Of a stretch of DNA of 64,000 nucleotides, positions 21,195-33,411 are shown in pieces. This DNA comes from Thecamonas trahens ATCC 50062 (lineage: Eukaryota > Protista > Apusomonadida), in contig NW_013657637.1 of the NCBI RefSeq assembly GCF_000142905.1, forward strand, positions 124,001-188,000, in the 5' to 3' direction. Under the pieces are notes generated by a model. It was not told the origin of the DNA, searched no databases, and saw nothing but the letters and a program-made list of their open reading frames with translations. The first letter of the stretch is position 1, and each line of letters starts with the position of its first letter. The translations under genes and the position numbers were made by a program.

Positions 21195-23048
21195 TCACAT
21201 GCGGAAGACGCCAAAGTTGGTGTCCGGAATAGGCGCGTTGAGGGTGGCCGAGAGCGAGAGGCCGAGCATGCGGCGGGTGTCGGCCGGGTTGATGATGCCG
21301 TCGTCCCAAAGGCGGGCCGAGGAGTAGTAGGGCATGCCCTCGTGCTCGTACTTCTCGATGATGGGCGCCTTGAAGGCTTCCTCCTCCTCGGCAGACCAGG
21401 CGTCGCCGAGCTGGTCGCGCTTGACGGTGGCGAGGACGCCGGCGGCCTGGTCGCCGCCCATGACGGAGATGCGGGCGTTGGGCCACATGTAGAGGAAGCG
21501 CGGCGAGTAGGCGCGGCCGCACATGCCGTAGTTGCCAGCGCCAAACGAGCCGCCGACGATGACGGTCATCTTGGGGACCTTGGCGTTGGCGACAGCCATG
21601 ACGAGCTTGGCGCCATCCTTGGCAATGCCGCGCTCCTCGTAGGCCTTGCCGACCATGAACCCGGTGATGTTTTGCAGGAAGATGAGCGGGATCTTGCGCT
21701 GCGAGCAGAGCTCGATAAAGTGGGCGCCCTTGACCGAGGCCTCGGGGAAGAGGATGCCGTTGTTGGCCACAATGCCGACAGGCATGCCGTAGAGATGGCC
21801 AAAGCCAGTGACCAGCGTCTCGCCGTACATCGACTTGAACTCGTCAAAGCGCGAGCCGTCGACGACGCGGGCAATGACCTTGCGGATGTCAAACGGCGCG
21901 CGGAAGTTGGCCGGCACAATGCCGTCCATCTCCTGGACGTCAAAGGCAGGCTCCTCGACGTCGCACATGCGGAAGGGAAGCGGCGGCGGGACGTGGTTGA
22001 GGTTGGCCACAATCTTGCGGCCGATGGCCAGCGCATGCTCGTCGTCGACGGCGTAGTGGTCGGTCACGCCCGAGGTGCGGCAGTGGAGGTCGGCGCCGCC
22101 AAGGTCCTCAGCAGTCACCACCTCACCGGTGGCGGCCTTGACCAGCGGCGGGCCACCCAGGAAAATGGTGCCGGTCTTGCGGACAATGACCGACTCGTCA
22201 GCCATCGCCGGGACGTACGCGCCACCGGCAGTGCAAGAGCCCATGACGAGCGCGATCTGCGGAATGCCGGCAGCAGACATATTGGCCTGGTTGAAGAAGA
22301 TACGACCAAAGTGCTCCTTGTCTGGGAAGACCTCGGTTTGGTGCGGCAGGTTCGCGCCACCCGAGTCGACGAGGTAGAGGCACGGGAGCCGGTTCTCGGC
22401 CGCAATCTCCTGCGCCCGCAGATGCTTCTTCACCGTGATCGGGTAGTACGTTCCACCCTTGACCGTCGCGTCATTGGCCACAATCATGCACTCGGTCCCG
22501 GCCACACGGCCAATGCCGGTCACGATGCCACCAGCAGGCACATGGTCCTTGTAAAGCTCGTGCCCGGCCATCTGCGAGAGCTCCAGAAAGGCCGAGCCCG
22601 GATCGATGAGCTTGGAGATGCGATCGCGAACAAAGAGCTTGCCACGGCTGGTGTGGCGCTCCTGCGCCTTGGCACCACCACCAGCTGCCACCTCTGCCGT
22701 CTTGTTCTTGAGCTCCTCCACAAGCTCCGCCATCGCCGCCCGGTTCTCTGCAAACTCAGGCGAGTTGGCCTGCACCGCTCCGTCGAGCACTGCATGCAGT
22801 GAAAAAGCCACCGCTCGTCAGTCCCGTTGTTTGCCAGGGTGGGGAAGGGAGAGGGGAGAAGGGGAAGGGGAAGGGCAAAGTGGAGGTTGCGTACCATGCA
22901 GGTCACTGTCTGCGGTGGTGTGAACAGCAGCAGAAGCAGTCGTGCCAGCAGCCCAGGCCAGACTCGGCTGGGCGAGGGGCGTCAGGGTCGACGACCGGAG
23001 GTACGCGCTGGCGCTCCGTGTCGCACTCGTCACAAGCGTCCGGAGCAT
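21195..23048 (-). CDS. MCCC2: 3-methylcrotonyl-CoA carboxylase beta subunit; exon 1 22895-23048, intron 22790-22894
   Basis: Mitochondrial presequence [11 protein letters not shown]. Motifs [48 protein letters not shown] and terminal FGVFRM. The GTACGC...TGCAG intron is phase 1. Confidence 0.97.
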
Positions 23049-23498
23049 GTCTAGTTGGAGAGCAGTTGGCTTGGGCGTGGGTGTGGGGGTGTGGGTGGGA
23101 GAGGAGAGTGCTGAGGCACAGGTACAAGCAAAGACAGGTGGCTCGAGAGGTGGTCGGTTGGTCGTCACAGTGTGGGAGGGGGAGGGGGGAAGGGGGGGTG
23201 ACGCAGAGCTGAGCGGACAGTGAGGGGGAGCAGGTTGTCGGTTGAGTTCGGTGACGGTTTTGGCTGAGAGCGACAACAGCGCGACATTTTTTTCGCGGGC
23301 GAGAGGGGAGGGGGAAGGGGGGAGGGGGAAGGGGAAAGGAGATGGAAATGATGTGTAGCAGTGGTAGTGGCCGGGAAGGGATGTGGTTGGGGTGTCGGAT
23401 GCGGCTGGTGATCATGCATGCGGTGGTGGAGATGTGGGTATACGGCGGAGAGGCGCGAGGGTTCGTGAAGCCTCGGTCCAACGGGGTAGAGGCTCGGA

Positions 23499-25451
23499 TT
23501 AGAGGGTGGAGACCGAGGAAAAGGAGTCGGAGCTCTCGGATGGCGTCGTGGACGAGATGAGCGAGCACGAGGCATCATCGATTGACTTGGAGGTGGCGAG
23601 GGTCATGCCCGAAGTGTGGATGGAGGTCGATGAGAGGTCGGCCTGGGTGAGCGAGCCGAGGAAATCGTCGTCGCCTTCGGGCAGAGCGGCGATGGCGATG
23701 GCGTCGGCGTCGATGGAGATGGCTGGTAGGGCTGAAGAATAGGCAGCGGCGGGTTCTGGGGGCGGCTTGACGGCAACTTTGCCTTTGGCGAGGCGACCGT
23801 CGTTATCGCCCTCAGCCACGTTGCCATCGAGTGCATCGCCCTCAGCCACGTTGCCATTGAGTGCAGCACCATCGAGTCCGGTGCCATCGAGTGCAGTGCC
23901 GTTGAGTTCAGTGGCATTAAGTGCAGTGCCGTTGAGTTCAGTGGCATCGAGTTCAGCGCCATCGAGGGCAGCGTTATCGAGCGCAGCGCCATCGAGCGCA
24001 GCGTTATCGAGGGCAGCATCACTAGCCACATCGCCATCGAGTGCAGCGCCAACGAGTGAAACGCCATCGAGTGCAGCGCCATCAAGTGGAGCACCACTAG
24101 CCACATCGCCATCGAGTGCAGCACCAACGAGTGAAACGCCATCGAGTGCAGCGCCATCAAGTGGAGCACCACTAGCCACATCGCCATCGAGTGCAGCACC
24201 AACGAGTGAAACGCCATCGAGTGCAGCGCCATCAAGTGGAGCATCACTAGCCACATCGCCATCGAGTGCAGCGCCAACGAGTGAAACGCCATCGAGTGCA
24301 GCGCCATCAAGTGGAGCACCACTAGCCACATCGCCAACGAGCGCAGCGTTATCGAGGGCAGCACCAGCATGCGTAGCCGCATCGGTGTTGAGCTCACCAT
24401 GCCCGGCGCCATCATCCACAGAATCACCACAAGTGCCCAACTCAAGGCTCCAGCCAGCCGTGAAAGGAAGCTCGCTCTCGGCCAAGTCGCCGCCGCCACT
24501 GGAGCTGCCTCTGCTCCTACTCTCGCTCCTGCTCACAACCTTGCAAGAGCCGTCGCTGCTGGAGCTGCTATGGCTACCGACGACCGGGCCGTCATCAGTG
24601 ACGGCCTCGAACGTCGAGGACGAGAGCGATTCGCCGAGGATGACGATCTCGTCTGAAAGGGCACCGTCGGGCGAAAGCGGCTCATCGCCGGATGCTGCCG
24701 GTGTGCAGGGCGGCGGCAGTTGGCCGGTGTGCGCGCCGCCCAGGGTGGGTGCCAGGCGATCCAAGGTAAACACGCCATCAACCAAGTCAGAGGACGCCTG
24801 CGGATGTGCCAGCGCACCCGCCATAACCTCTACCGCTATGCCCGACGCCATCCGCTTGACCCATGCTGGAATCCGGCGAGGCGCCGGCACGTGAGCCCCA
24901 TGTCGACTTCTTGGCGGCGGCTTGGACACACCCAGATACGGCTCGGTCCGGGGAACCCGCCAGAGGTTAAGCTCACCCGCAGCAGCCGGCGACGCATCCC
25001 ATCGCGGGAGCATGTCGTGCCGCAGCAACGAGCGTGAGCGCGAGCGCGAGCGCGAGCGAGAGCGCGAGTGTGAGCGCGAGTGTGAGCGCGAGCGCACACC
25101 AAGCTGCGTCTGCACTGCTGCACCCGCCACATCATGACCGATTGAGTTGGCATGACGAGCCCTCCGCGCCACGCCATCGGGCGAGTCGGCGATGGGCGGC
25201 AGGGCCGGCGGCGGTTGCGAGCGGCGCGAGCGACGAGCAAGCACAGATAACGGCTCTGTAGATGCGGCCGTCCCACGGCGGGTCGACTCTGCCGAGCTCC
25301 CTTCGCGGCACGTCCCAGCCGGCCGCTGGCCGATGTATTGCCGAGCTGTGGCGTCTACTGCTGCGGACTGGCAGCCCATGAACATCCCCTCCCCTCCCTC
25401 TTGCTGATGCTGCTCCTCCTCCTCCTCCTCCTCCTCCGGCTGCTGCTCCAA
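23499..25451 (-). CDS. Low-complexity protein with a pentapeptide-repeat tract; start uncertain (first in-frame ATG ~25385)
   Basis: 650-codon open frame containing a poly-E run, RS dipeptides and more than 30 AALDG/AALDN/TELNG-type pentamers. Confidence 0.65.
   Translation of the reverse strand: MEQQPEEEEEEEEQHQQEGGEGMFMGCQSAAVDATARQYIGQRPAGTCREGSSAESTRRGTAASTEPLSVLARRSRRSQPPPALPPIADSPDGVARRARHANSIGHDVAGAAVQTQLGVRSRSHSRSHSRSRSRSRSRSRSLLRHDMLPRWDASPAAAGELNLWRVPRTEPYLGVSKPPPRSRHGAHVPAPRRIPAWVKRMASGIAVEVMAGALAHPQASSDLVDGVFTLDRLAPTLGGAHTGQLPPPCTPAASGDEPLSPDGALSDEIVILGESLSSSTFEAVTDDGPVVGSHSSSSSDGSCKVVSRSESRSRGSSSGGGDLAESELPFTAGWSLELGTCGDSVDDGAGHGELNTDAATHAGAALDNAALVGDVASGAPLDGAALDGVSLVGAALDGDVASDAPLDGAALDGVSLVGAALDGDVASGAPLDGAALDGVSLVGAALDGDVASGAPLDGAALDGVSLVGAALDGDVASDAALDNAALDGAALDNAALDGAELDATELNGTALNATELNGTALDGTGLDGAALNGNVAEGDALDGNVAEGDNDGRLAKGKVAVKPPPEPAAAYSSALPAISIDADAIAIAALPEGDDDFLGSLTQADLSSTSIHTSGMTLATSKSIDDASCSLISSTTPSESSDSFSSVSTL
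23800..24370. repeat. 15-bp-periodic coding repeat with a 75-bp higher-order unit (x~4)
   Basis: GCCATCGAGTGCAGC-type 15-mers; the unit encodes APLDG AALDG VSLVG AALDG DVASG. Confidence 0.9.
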
Positions 25452-25831
25452 GCGGAGCTAGCCGCTGGCCATGAGAGCCGGACCGGACTCGGCCACGCAC
25501 ACCATGCCGCCCGCTGCGCCTAGCTCGTCGGTGAGCTCCTGGTGTGGCCAGCGGACTCGCTCGCTCCATCCCTCGCCAATATGCGCTGCGTGTGCCAGTG
25601 GCCAGCAAGCGGTGGTGGTGGTGACCGAGTGTTCTGAGTGTAGAGTGGACTTGGGACTCGTCCGACGTCCGGCCGCTCCTCGCTTTTGCTGTCAAGCCCG
25701 CCAGGCCAGGCCACTCTGTCGGAGAGAGGCAAGCGATCAACACACTGGCAGATGAGCCCAATTCCTCACACATCGTCAAATCCTACACATCTTCCTTCTT
25801 GTACTCATGGCTACAGAACTGGGGTCATCGA

Positions 25832-28789
25832 CTACCGCGAGTCGTGGACAAAGAGATAGCCGAGGATGTCACCGGCGGACGAAGCGTCGCGGAAGCGGGC
25901 GGGGAGGTTGCGGAGTGGATTGCCGGTGGTGTGGAGAATGCGAAGGGTGTCCGCGAGCGCGCCGAGCGACGAGGGAAGGTCATCAAGTGCGTTGTGGGCG
26001 ACGTCGAGCATCGTCAGCTTGGGCAGCGTTCCAAGCGACGACGGCAGCCGGGTCAGCCGGTTGTTGTGCAGCGCCAGCTCCTTGAGCTCGGTGCAGCCGC
26101 CAAGCGACGACGGCAGCGCGTCGAGCTCGTTGTGACTGAGATCAAGCAGCGCAAGCGAGGCCAGTGACGTTAGCTCGGGCGCGAGCGTGGTGAGCGCGTT
26201 GTGGTCGGCTATGAGGACGCGCAGCCGCTGCGCCTCGCCAAGGCTCGCCGGAAGCGCGCTGATCGTGTTGTGCGAGAGGCGAAGGACAAGCAGCGAGGGC
26301 ATATGCAGGAGCGGGACATTCGAGAGCGAGTTGTGGCTCAGATCCAGTCGCTCTAGCTCGGTGCATCGCACAATCGAGTCGGGCACCAGGGTCAGCTGGT
26401 TGCGCGACGCGTTGAGCGATACAAGGCTCGTCAGCGAGCCGAGAGCCGACGGGAGCTGGACAAGCCCGTTGTTCGATACGTCGACATGCTGCAAATGGGC
26501 ATGGTCAAAGATCGAAGAAGCAAGCCGCCCGCCTCTGACCAAGCCAGCAATCGGTAGATTGGCCGAGCCGTCGGCGACGGCCGCCAAGGCGGCGTCGACT
26601 GCCGCAGACTCGGGCGGGGCGCTGCTGCTCTCGGCATCCGATGAGAGCCCCTTCGCCACATTCCGCCCAGAGTCGCTTGTCGGCGAGACCAAGCCCCGTG
26701 CCTGCGGCAGCTCAACCATGGACGAGTACCGAGCCGTGAGCGGGACAACGTCGTCGTCGTAGTCGTCCGACAAACCGCCAAACGCCGGGGTGCCTGTCGG
26801 CAGGTTTGCGACTGGCATCGACGAGTTCAGATCGATGGACGACGAGCGGCCGAGCGGGGTCAGCGCCTTGCGCTTTGATATGGCGGCGTTCCGCGGCATG
26901 ACTACCGGATCGGCATCAGGAATGTACGCCAGTGTGTTGCGGCGGCCTCCAGGCGCCTGCGCCTTGATCTGAGCTACCGACGGCGCCAGGTTGGAGCCGG
27001 CAGGCGAGCCGCGACGGCGGCGGATTCGCTGGGTCGATGGCGAGCGGCGTCGGCCGTCGCGCGACGAGCGGCGGGTGCGGAACTCATCTGACGGCATCGC
27101 CCGCAGCGGCTCGGCCTTGAAACCCTTCATCAGGTCGGACAACTCCTCGAGCTGGTCGGCAAGGACCTGGCGCGCGCGCTCGCGCAGGTTTTGGTTGTCG
27201 AGCTGCGCGCCAGTCGACTCGTCAATGCCGAGCCGGCGAGCGGCGTCAGTGTCGAGGCCCCAGAAGAGAACGGCGCTTTCGTCAGCGCCATCGTCCGACG
27301 ACGACTCGGGCGCTGACACCTTGGTTCGTGACTTGGAACGGCCAAGCTTGCGCGACGGCGATGAGGCGAGCGACGCATCGGACCGCTGGCGCGTCGAGCC
27401 GATGCCGCGGCTCGCCGACGTCAGCTGCGCGGTGAGGTTGGCCTTGGCCTTGGCGGCGCGAATGGCGTGCTCTGTTGCCTGAGCGAGGTCAATCTCATGG
27501 TCTGCCCGCTCCTGCTCGAGCTGGGCGGCGAGTTCGGCGGCGGTGGCCTCGGCGGCGCTCACCCGCGCGTCGGCATCAGTGACACGCGCCGCGAGCTCGG
27601 CAAGGGCCTGGTCGCGCGCTGCCTCGGCTGCTGCCGCGCGCCGGCGCTCGTCGTCAAGCCGGGTTCGGGCCGAGCCGTGGGCCTCGCGCTCGGCCTCGAG
27701 CGCCGCCTCCAGCTGGGGAATCGATTCGAGTTGCCGCCCCATTTCGGCGTTGCGTGCACGCAGCGCGTTCACTAGCGACTGCAAGTGTCGGACTTGGGCC
27801 TGTGCCTCGTTGGCGGCGTGCCGACTCCCGCGGGTCTCGGTCGCCAGCTGCTTGCGGAGGAGCGCCACCGACTCGGCATGGGCGCGGCGAGCGGAGGCCA
27901 TCGCCGCCTGGTTGGCCTCAGCTGCAGCTGCAAGCTCGGCGCGCAGTCTGCTGTTCTCAGCTTCCAAATCTTGAACATCTGCCCGAGCGGATGAAAGCTG
28001 GCCGCGGACGTCCTGGATGACCGGCCGCGCTCCTCGGCCAAGGTGCAGCAGGACCGGAGCGCCGGCCGAGTTGGCGGCCAGCAAGGCCTTGGAGACGTTC
28101 CCTGCGCCAAGGCGGTCGTCATCACCTCGGCCGACTAGCACCCTATCCAGCGCGTCATCGGCTGCGGCCCGGGCACTGTAGCCCGAGAGACCGGCAGTTG
28201 CCACCAGGTGCTTGGCGAGCGACGCGACGCCGCGTGCGCGCTCAGCGGCGGCGGCACGTTCAGCGGCAGCAGCGGCAGCGGCGTGCTCCGCTACGGCCGC
28301 ATCCAGCACCACGCGCTCGGCGGCCAGCGCCTTGACCACTCGGCCAGCCCGCTGACTCGCTCGCAGCTCGTAGTCTGTACCGGCCAATGCTGCGCTGGCG
28401 GCATCAACCGCCCGCACTCGGCGGGCCGCTAGCTCGCCCCGGGCGAGTGCCTCGAGCCGAGCCGCATCGTACACAGCCAGCGCATGCTGGACCTCCAGCA
28501 AGCGCCCGAGGAGTGGAACATGATCCACTGCCACCGCTTCCAGTCCCCTTTCTCGTGCTACAGGCACCGCCTCTGCCGCTGGCGCCGTGCCGTCTTGCCC
28601 CACGCCGCCGCCGCCGCTCCGCGCCACCTGCCGTTCCGCCCCGCCTCCGTCGTCCGCTCCTGCAGCCTCCTCCGCCAAAAGCGCCACCAACTCGGCCTTG
28701 AGAGCCGCCGACATGTCAACCGCGGCACACTCTACGGTGGCGTCACGTGGTGCGTGTGCGTACTCACCACCACCGCCTACGGCGGCCAT
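25832..28789 (-). CDS. Coiled-coil protein with a C-terminal leucine-rich repeat domain
   Basis: Long Ala/Glu/Arg heptad region, followed by about 10 LxxLDLSHNxLxxLP repeats ending LHTTGNPL. Confidence 0.85.
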   Translation of the reverse strand: MAAVGGGGEYAHAPRDATVECAAVDMSAALKAELVALLAEEAAGADDGGGAERQVARSGGGGVGQDGTAPAAEAVPVARERGLEAVAVDHVPLLGRLLEVQHALAVYDAARLEALARGELAARRVRAVDAASAALAGTDYELRASQRAGRVVKALAAERVVLDAAVAEHAAAAAAAERAAAAERARGVASLAKHLVATAGLSGYSARAAADDALDRVLVGRGDDDRLGAGNVSKALLAANSAGAPVLLHLGRGARPVIQDVRGQLSSARADVQDLEAENSRLRAELAAAAEANQAAMASARRAHAESVALLRKQLATETRGSRHAANEAQAQVRHLQSLVNALRARNAEMGRQLESIPQLEAALEAEREAHGSARTRLDDERRRAAAAEAARDQALAELAARVTDADARVSAAEATAAELAAQLEQERADHEIDLAQATEHAIRAAKAKANLTAQLTSASRGIGSTRQRSDASLASSPSRKLGRSKSRTKVSAPESSSDDGADESAVLFWGLDTDAARRLGIDESTGAQLDNQNLRERARQVLADQLEELSDLMKGFKAEPLRAMPSDEFRTRRSSRDGRRRSPSTQRIRRRRGSPAGSNLAPSVAQIKAQAPGGRRNTLAYIPDADPVVMPRNAAISKRKALTPLGRSSSIDLNSSMPVANLPTGTPAFGGLSDDYDDDVVPLTARYSSMVELPQARGLVSPTSDSGRNVAKGLSSDAESSSAPPESAAVDAALAAVADGSANLPIAGLVRGGRLASSIFDHAHLQHVDVSNNGLVQLPSALGSLTSLVSLNASRNQLTLVPDSIVRCTELERLDLSHNSLSNVPLLHMPSLLVLRLSHNTISALPASLGEAQRLRVLIADHNALTTLAPELTSLASLALLDLSHNELDALPSSLGGCTELKELALHNNRLTRLPSSLGTLPKLTMLDVAHNALDDLPSSLGALADTLRILHTTGNPLRNLPARFRDASSAGDILGYLFVHDSR

Positions 28790-29112
28790 GCGAGCGAGCA
28801 CCGAGAGCCGAGCGTCGAGCGCCAAGCGCCGAGCGCCGAGCGCCGAACGGCAAATGGCGACTAGCGTCACGGTAGACCACCACCCGCATTATCCCAAATT
28901 TTTGTATAGCCCCCCCCCCCCTCTCTCAATGCGCGACCCACACTCATCCGCGGTGCGGTTCCTTCGAACGAACGTTCGTTGGCGACATTGGCAAGCTGGC
29001 GAACAGCTGGCAGGCGCGGAAGAGACGGGAACAACGTGGAACCTTGGGGACAGCACACTCGACTCGCACACGACTCGGGTGGCGTAGGACGGAAAGACAG
29101 TATCAAGAACAC

Positions 29113-29598
29113 ATGTTGACAAGAGCATTTGGAGCTGTTGTCGGTATCAGGGCTGGAGTCCGGCTGGCGGTGACAACGGCGGGTGTGGCGGCGCGGGGCT
29201 GGCCCGCGGCGGGAGACGGTCGACCGGCGCGGAAGGTGGCGGAGATGGAGAGGGCATCGTTCTCGTCGACGGCGGTAGCAGGCGACGGCATGGTCGGCAA
29301 GGAGCAGCTCGAGTACTATCTGCATGTCCTCGACGAGATGGAGCGGGAGGCGACCGAGGCTGCCGAGCCTGGGACCCGGGTCAAGGCCCCGGCCTTTGAC
29401 TTTAAGAAGCTCCAGGCTGCGCCCGTCGACTCGACCTTCTCGGTCCAGCTCAACTCGTTTGCCTTTCACATGGTCGATAGGTCGTCGGTCCGCGGGCCGC
29501 CGGCTCGTTCGCCGCTTAGCTCGACAGAGCTCGTTACCAAGGTCCTCGGCATCGCCGAAGACGTCGCTGTCCCCGGCGGCAGTCGCGGCTCGCAATGA
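29113..29598 (+). CDS. Small hypothetical protein with a probable mitochondrial presequence
   Basis: MLTRAFGAVVGIRAGVRLAV...RASFSS is Arg-rich with few acidic residues. It is the only plausible ORF between the LRR gene and Lon. Confidence 0.6.
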   Translation: MLTRAFGAVVGIRAGVRLAVTTAGVAARGWPAAGDGRPARKVAEMERASFSSTAVAGDGMVGKEQLEYYLHVLDEMEREATEAAEPGTRVKAPAFDFKKLQAAPVDSTFSVQLNSFAFHMVDRSSVRGPPARSPLSSTELVTKVLGIAEDVAVPGGSRGSQ

Positions 29599-30284
29599 GC
29601 GACCTCAACGCTCCCTTGCTTACTTACTCTTTCTCCCTATCTTCCTTCTTTCCGCGCTGCAGCCATCCAGACCACCAGGCACCGGCTCGGCCCCGTATTG
29701 CCGGGTCTGGATGCAGACACAGTCGCGCGCCTCCCCCCTCCCCTCCCTCGGTCGCCCCTCCCGCTCAGACGGATGCAGCGGCGGCCCACCACGCGGTCCC
29801 TTCTTTGATTGAATGTACTGACTGCCGATCACCATTCCCCTCCCCTCCCTTTCCCTCCACCACAACAGTCCATGCCGCGTTACAGCCTGATCTCGTGCGC
29901 GTTGTCGCGTCGCTCGACACCACCACCCCGCGGCACTTCCACTCCCCAGTCCCAATCCCAATGATCGACATCCTCGAAGTCCTCCCACACCCACATAAAC
30001 AGCGACCAAGCTCATGACGAGAGTCCCTCCACCCCCGAGGAAGTCAACTTCGCCCTTTCCCCTTGCACCAGCCCGTCGTCCACCATCCCAATGCTGGCCT
30101 GCCAGCTTGGCCGCGACCCAGCGACCAATGGGCGGCCAAACTACGACCTCTTTCGGCTGCCAGTGGCTGGCGCGACCCCCCTCTCCCACCCCGCCCCCCG
30201 CCCCTCCCTAGGCAAGCCCACCTCCAGTCCAAGACCACGTGCTTGACGACACACTCCTCTTAGCTCTCTTTTCACCCAATACCA

Positions 30285-33200
30285 ATGCTGCGGGCGCTGC
30301 GGAGCGTGCCAACGTTGCTGGCGTACGTCATAGCGAGAGGGAGGAGGAGGGGGAGGGGGGGGGGGGGGGGGGGCGGGGCTGGGGAGCTTCACGAACACTC
30401 ACGCCAAGAGGACCATGGGATGGATGATGGCATGGGGTGGGTGATGGCATGGGCTGGACAGTACTGTGCCGACAAGATGGGGAAGAGTGGCTTCTGCGCG
30501 TGGAGCTGCGGTGGTGTGCGGAGGTAATGCGCCATGGATGGCGGTAGAGGCTCCGGGCGCCGGCTCGATCTTTGCCCGCTCATGGCGGGCGTCGAGCTCG
30601 GAGAGCGGCGATGGGAGCGGCGGCGAGGGCAAAGATACGCTGCCTGACTTTATCACACTGGACGGAGAGGCGGCGCGGGCGAAAGACGGGTCGGGCAAGA
30701 GCAAGGACGACGGCGGTGATGGCGGCGGAGCCGGGACAGCGGTCGGGTTCGAGGGCGTGCCGTCGTCGACGCTGCTGTTTCCGCTCTACCGGCGGCCGGT
30801 AGCGCCAGGTATTGTGACACCGATCTCGATCACGTCGATCAAGTTTGTGGAGGTGCTGAACAAGGTTGTGGAGAAGGGCGACAAGCACGTGGGTCTGTTC
30901 CTGGTCAAGGACCGCGAGGCGGCCGAAGCTGCAGCCAAGGGCAACGAGCTCTCACTGTCGTCGGCGATGAGCGTGAGCAACTCGCGGTACAATGTGACGG
31001 ACATCGAGTCTGTGCACAAGGTCGGTATTCTGGCGCGGATTGTGCGGATCGACCCGTCACCGATGGGCGCGCACGTGCTGCTCGCCGGGCGGTCGCGGAT
31101 CGAGATCACGTCGCCCAAGGAGGTGGACAAGAAGAACGGGCACTCGTTTGTCAACATCAAGGCGCTCCGTGACAAGGAGTATGACCAGCGGAACGACTCT
31201 GTGCGGGCGCATGCGGTGGAGATTGTGACGACGCTCCGCGAGATGCTGGCGCTCAACCCGATGTTCAAGGAGCAGCTGCAGACGCTTGTGGACCAGGTCG
31301 ACATTGCCAATCCGTCCGAGCTGGCTGACTTTGCGGCGTGGCTCACGACATCGGATGCCGAGGAGCTGCAGGCAGTGCTGGAGGAGCTCGACGTCGAGGC
31401 GCGGCTTGCCAAGTCGCTCACGCTGCTCAAGGCCGAGCTCGAGCTGACCAAGCTCCAGAAGCAGATCCAGACGTCTCTGGAAGAGAAGATCTCCAAGAAC
31501 CAGCGCAAGTACTTTCTCAATGAGCAGCTCAAGACGATCAAGAAGGAGCTTGGGCTGGAGACCGATGAGAAAGAGGCGCTGGCGGAGAAGTTCCGCTCGC
31601 GGCTGGAGAAGCTGCGTGTCCCGCCGCACGCGGCATCGGTAATCGACGATGAGATGGCCAAGCTTGCGACGCTTGAGCCGTCGTCGTCCGAGTACAACGT
31701 GACCCGCAACTACCTCGACTGGCTGACGCAGCTGCCGTGGGGCGTGTCGGCCGAGGAGAACCTGGACCTCAAGCGGGCGACGGTGGTGCTGGACAACGAC
31801 CACTACGGGCTGAAGGATATCAAGGAGCGGATCCTCGAGTTTATTGCGGTCGGGGCGCTCAAGGGCACGGTGCAGGGCAAGATCCTGTGCTTTGTGGGCC
31901 CGCCGGGCGTGGGCAAGACCTCGATCGGCAAGTCGATTGCCAACTCGCTCAACCGCAAGTTCTTCCGGTTCTCTGTCGGCGGCATGACCGATGTGGCAGA
32001 GATCAAGGGCCACCGCAAGACGTACGTCGGAGCCATGGCCGGCAAGCTTATCCAGGCGCTCAAGACGACGGCAACGTCGAACCCGGTCATCATGATCGAC
32101 GAGATCGACAAGATGGGCCGCGGGTGGCAGGGCGACCCGAGCTCAGCACTGCTCGAGGCGCTCGATCCGGAGCAGAACGACGCGTTCCTTGACCACTACG
32201 TCGACATCCCGTATGACATGTCCAAGGTTCTCTTTGTCTGCACCGCCAACTCACTTGACTCGATCCCAGGCCCGCTCCTCGACCGCATGGAGGTCCTGCG
32301 ACTCTCGGGCTACGTCCTTCAGGAGAAGGTCGCCATTGTGCAAAAGTACCTCATCAAGCAGGCGTACAAGACCTCGGGCCTTCCGCATGGCACCGTCGAC
32401 TTTACTGATGACGCCATCAAGGCGCTCATTGCCGACTACTGCCGCGAGGCCGGCGTCCGCAACCTGCAGAAGCACGTGGAGAAGATCTTCCGCAAGATCG
32501 CGTTCAAGATCCTCTCCGACAAGCCCGAGTTGGCCGGGCTGATCGAGGCCAAGGCCAAGGCCGAGGCTGAGGCCGCCGATGCCGCCGCCGCCGAGGCATC
32601 CGCCAAAGCACCCGTCGAGCCCGAGTTTGTTGATGTTGATGGCGAGGCCGAGGCCGGCCGCCGCTGAGGCCGAGGACGAGGCCGACGAGCGGTTCACGTG
32701 GAAGGAGCTGGTTGACGAGCCGATTGTGGTCTCGCCCGAGACCCTCGAAGAGTACGTGGGCAAGCCGGTGTACCAGCCGGACAACTTCTACGGCGACGCG
32801 GCGCCGCCTGGTGTTGTCATGGGCCTCGCGTGGACATCGCTCGGCGGGGCGACACTCTACATTGAGACTTCGGCGTTCTCGACCAAGAAGGCCGACTTTA
32901 AGATCACCGGCTCAATGGGCGACGTGATGAAGGAGTCGACCAAGATTGCGCAGTCGTACGCGACTCAGGTGCTCGCCAAGCTCGACCCGGACAACATGTT
33001 TATGGAGGAGTATGGAGTCCACATGCACATTCCCGAGGGGGCGACGCCAAAGGATGGCCCGTCGGCGGGTATCACCATGGTCACCTCGCTTCTCTCTGCG
33101 GCGTTCAACAAGCCGGTGGCGGCAGACCTTGCCATGACGGGTGAGATCTCGCTCACCGGCAAGGTTCTCCCCATCGGTGGCGTCAAGGAGAAGGCGCTCG

Positions 33201-33382
33201 CCGCGCGGCGGTCGGGCGTCTCCAACATCATCTTCCCGAAGGCCAACGAGAAGGACTGGGACGAGCTCGACGACTACGTCAAGGAGGGCCTCACTGCGCA
33301 CTTTGCCACCGACTACGAGCAGGTGTACGCGTTGGCGTTCCCGGATGGTGTGGCGACGTGGCCTGGCGCCAGCAGCGCGTAA
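30285..33382 (+). CDS. LONP1: Mitochondrial Lon protease; exon 1 30285-30322, intron 30323-30461; frameshift at ~32656
   Basis: Presequence MLRALRSV, Lon N-domain, Walker A GPPGVGKTS, DEIDK, and protease PKDGPSAG plus GGVKEK in the second frame. Confidence 0.96.
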
Positions 33383-33411
33383 ACGCACGAAAGCGGATGG
33401 TTTATCCCCAG

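Noticed and set aside
20988-22802. Long antisense ORFs (also 4590-5753, 6304-7752, 11427-13058, 33358-34620, 49252-51327)
   Set aside because: These are shadows of GC-rich, codon-biased genes on the opposite strand and have no independent motifs.
25458-25460. In-frame TAG upstream of the pentapeptide ORF as stop-codon reassignment or readthrough
   Set aside because: It is a single case, the upstream frame has no recognisable motif, and TAG is used as a normal stop elsewhere (XPF neighbours, PCIF1, copy B).
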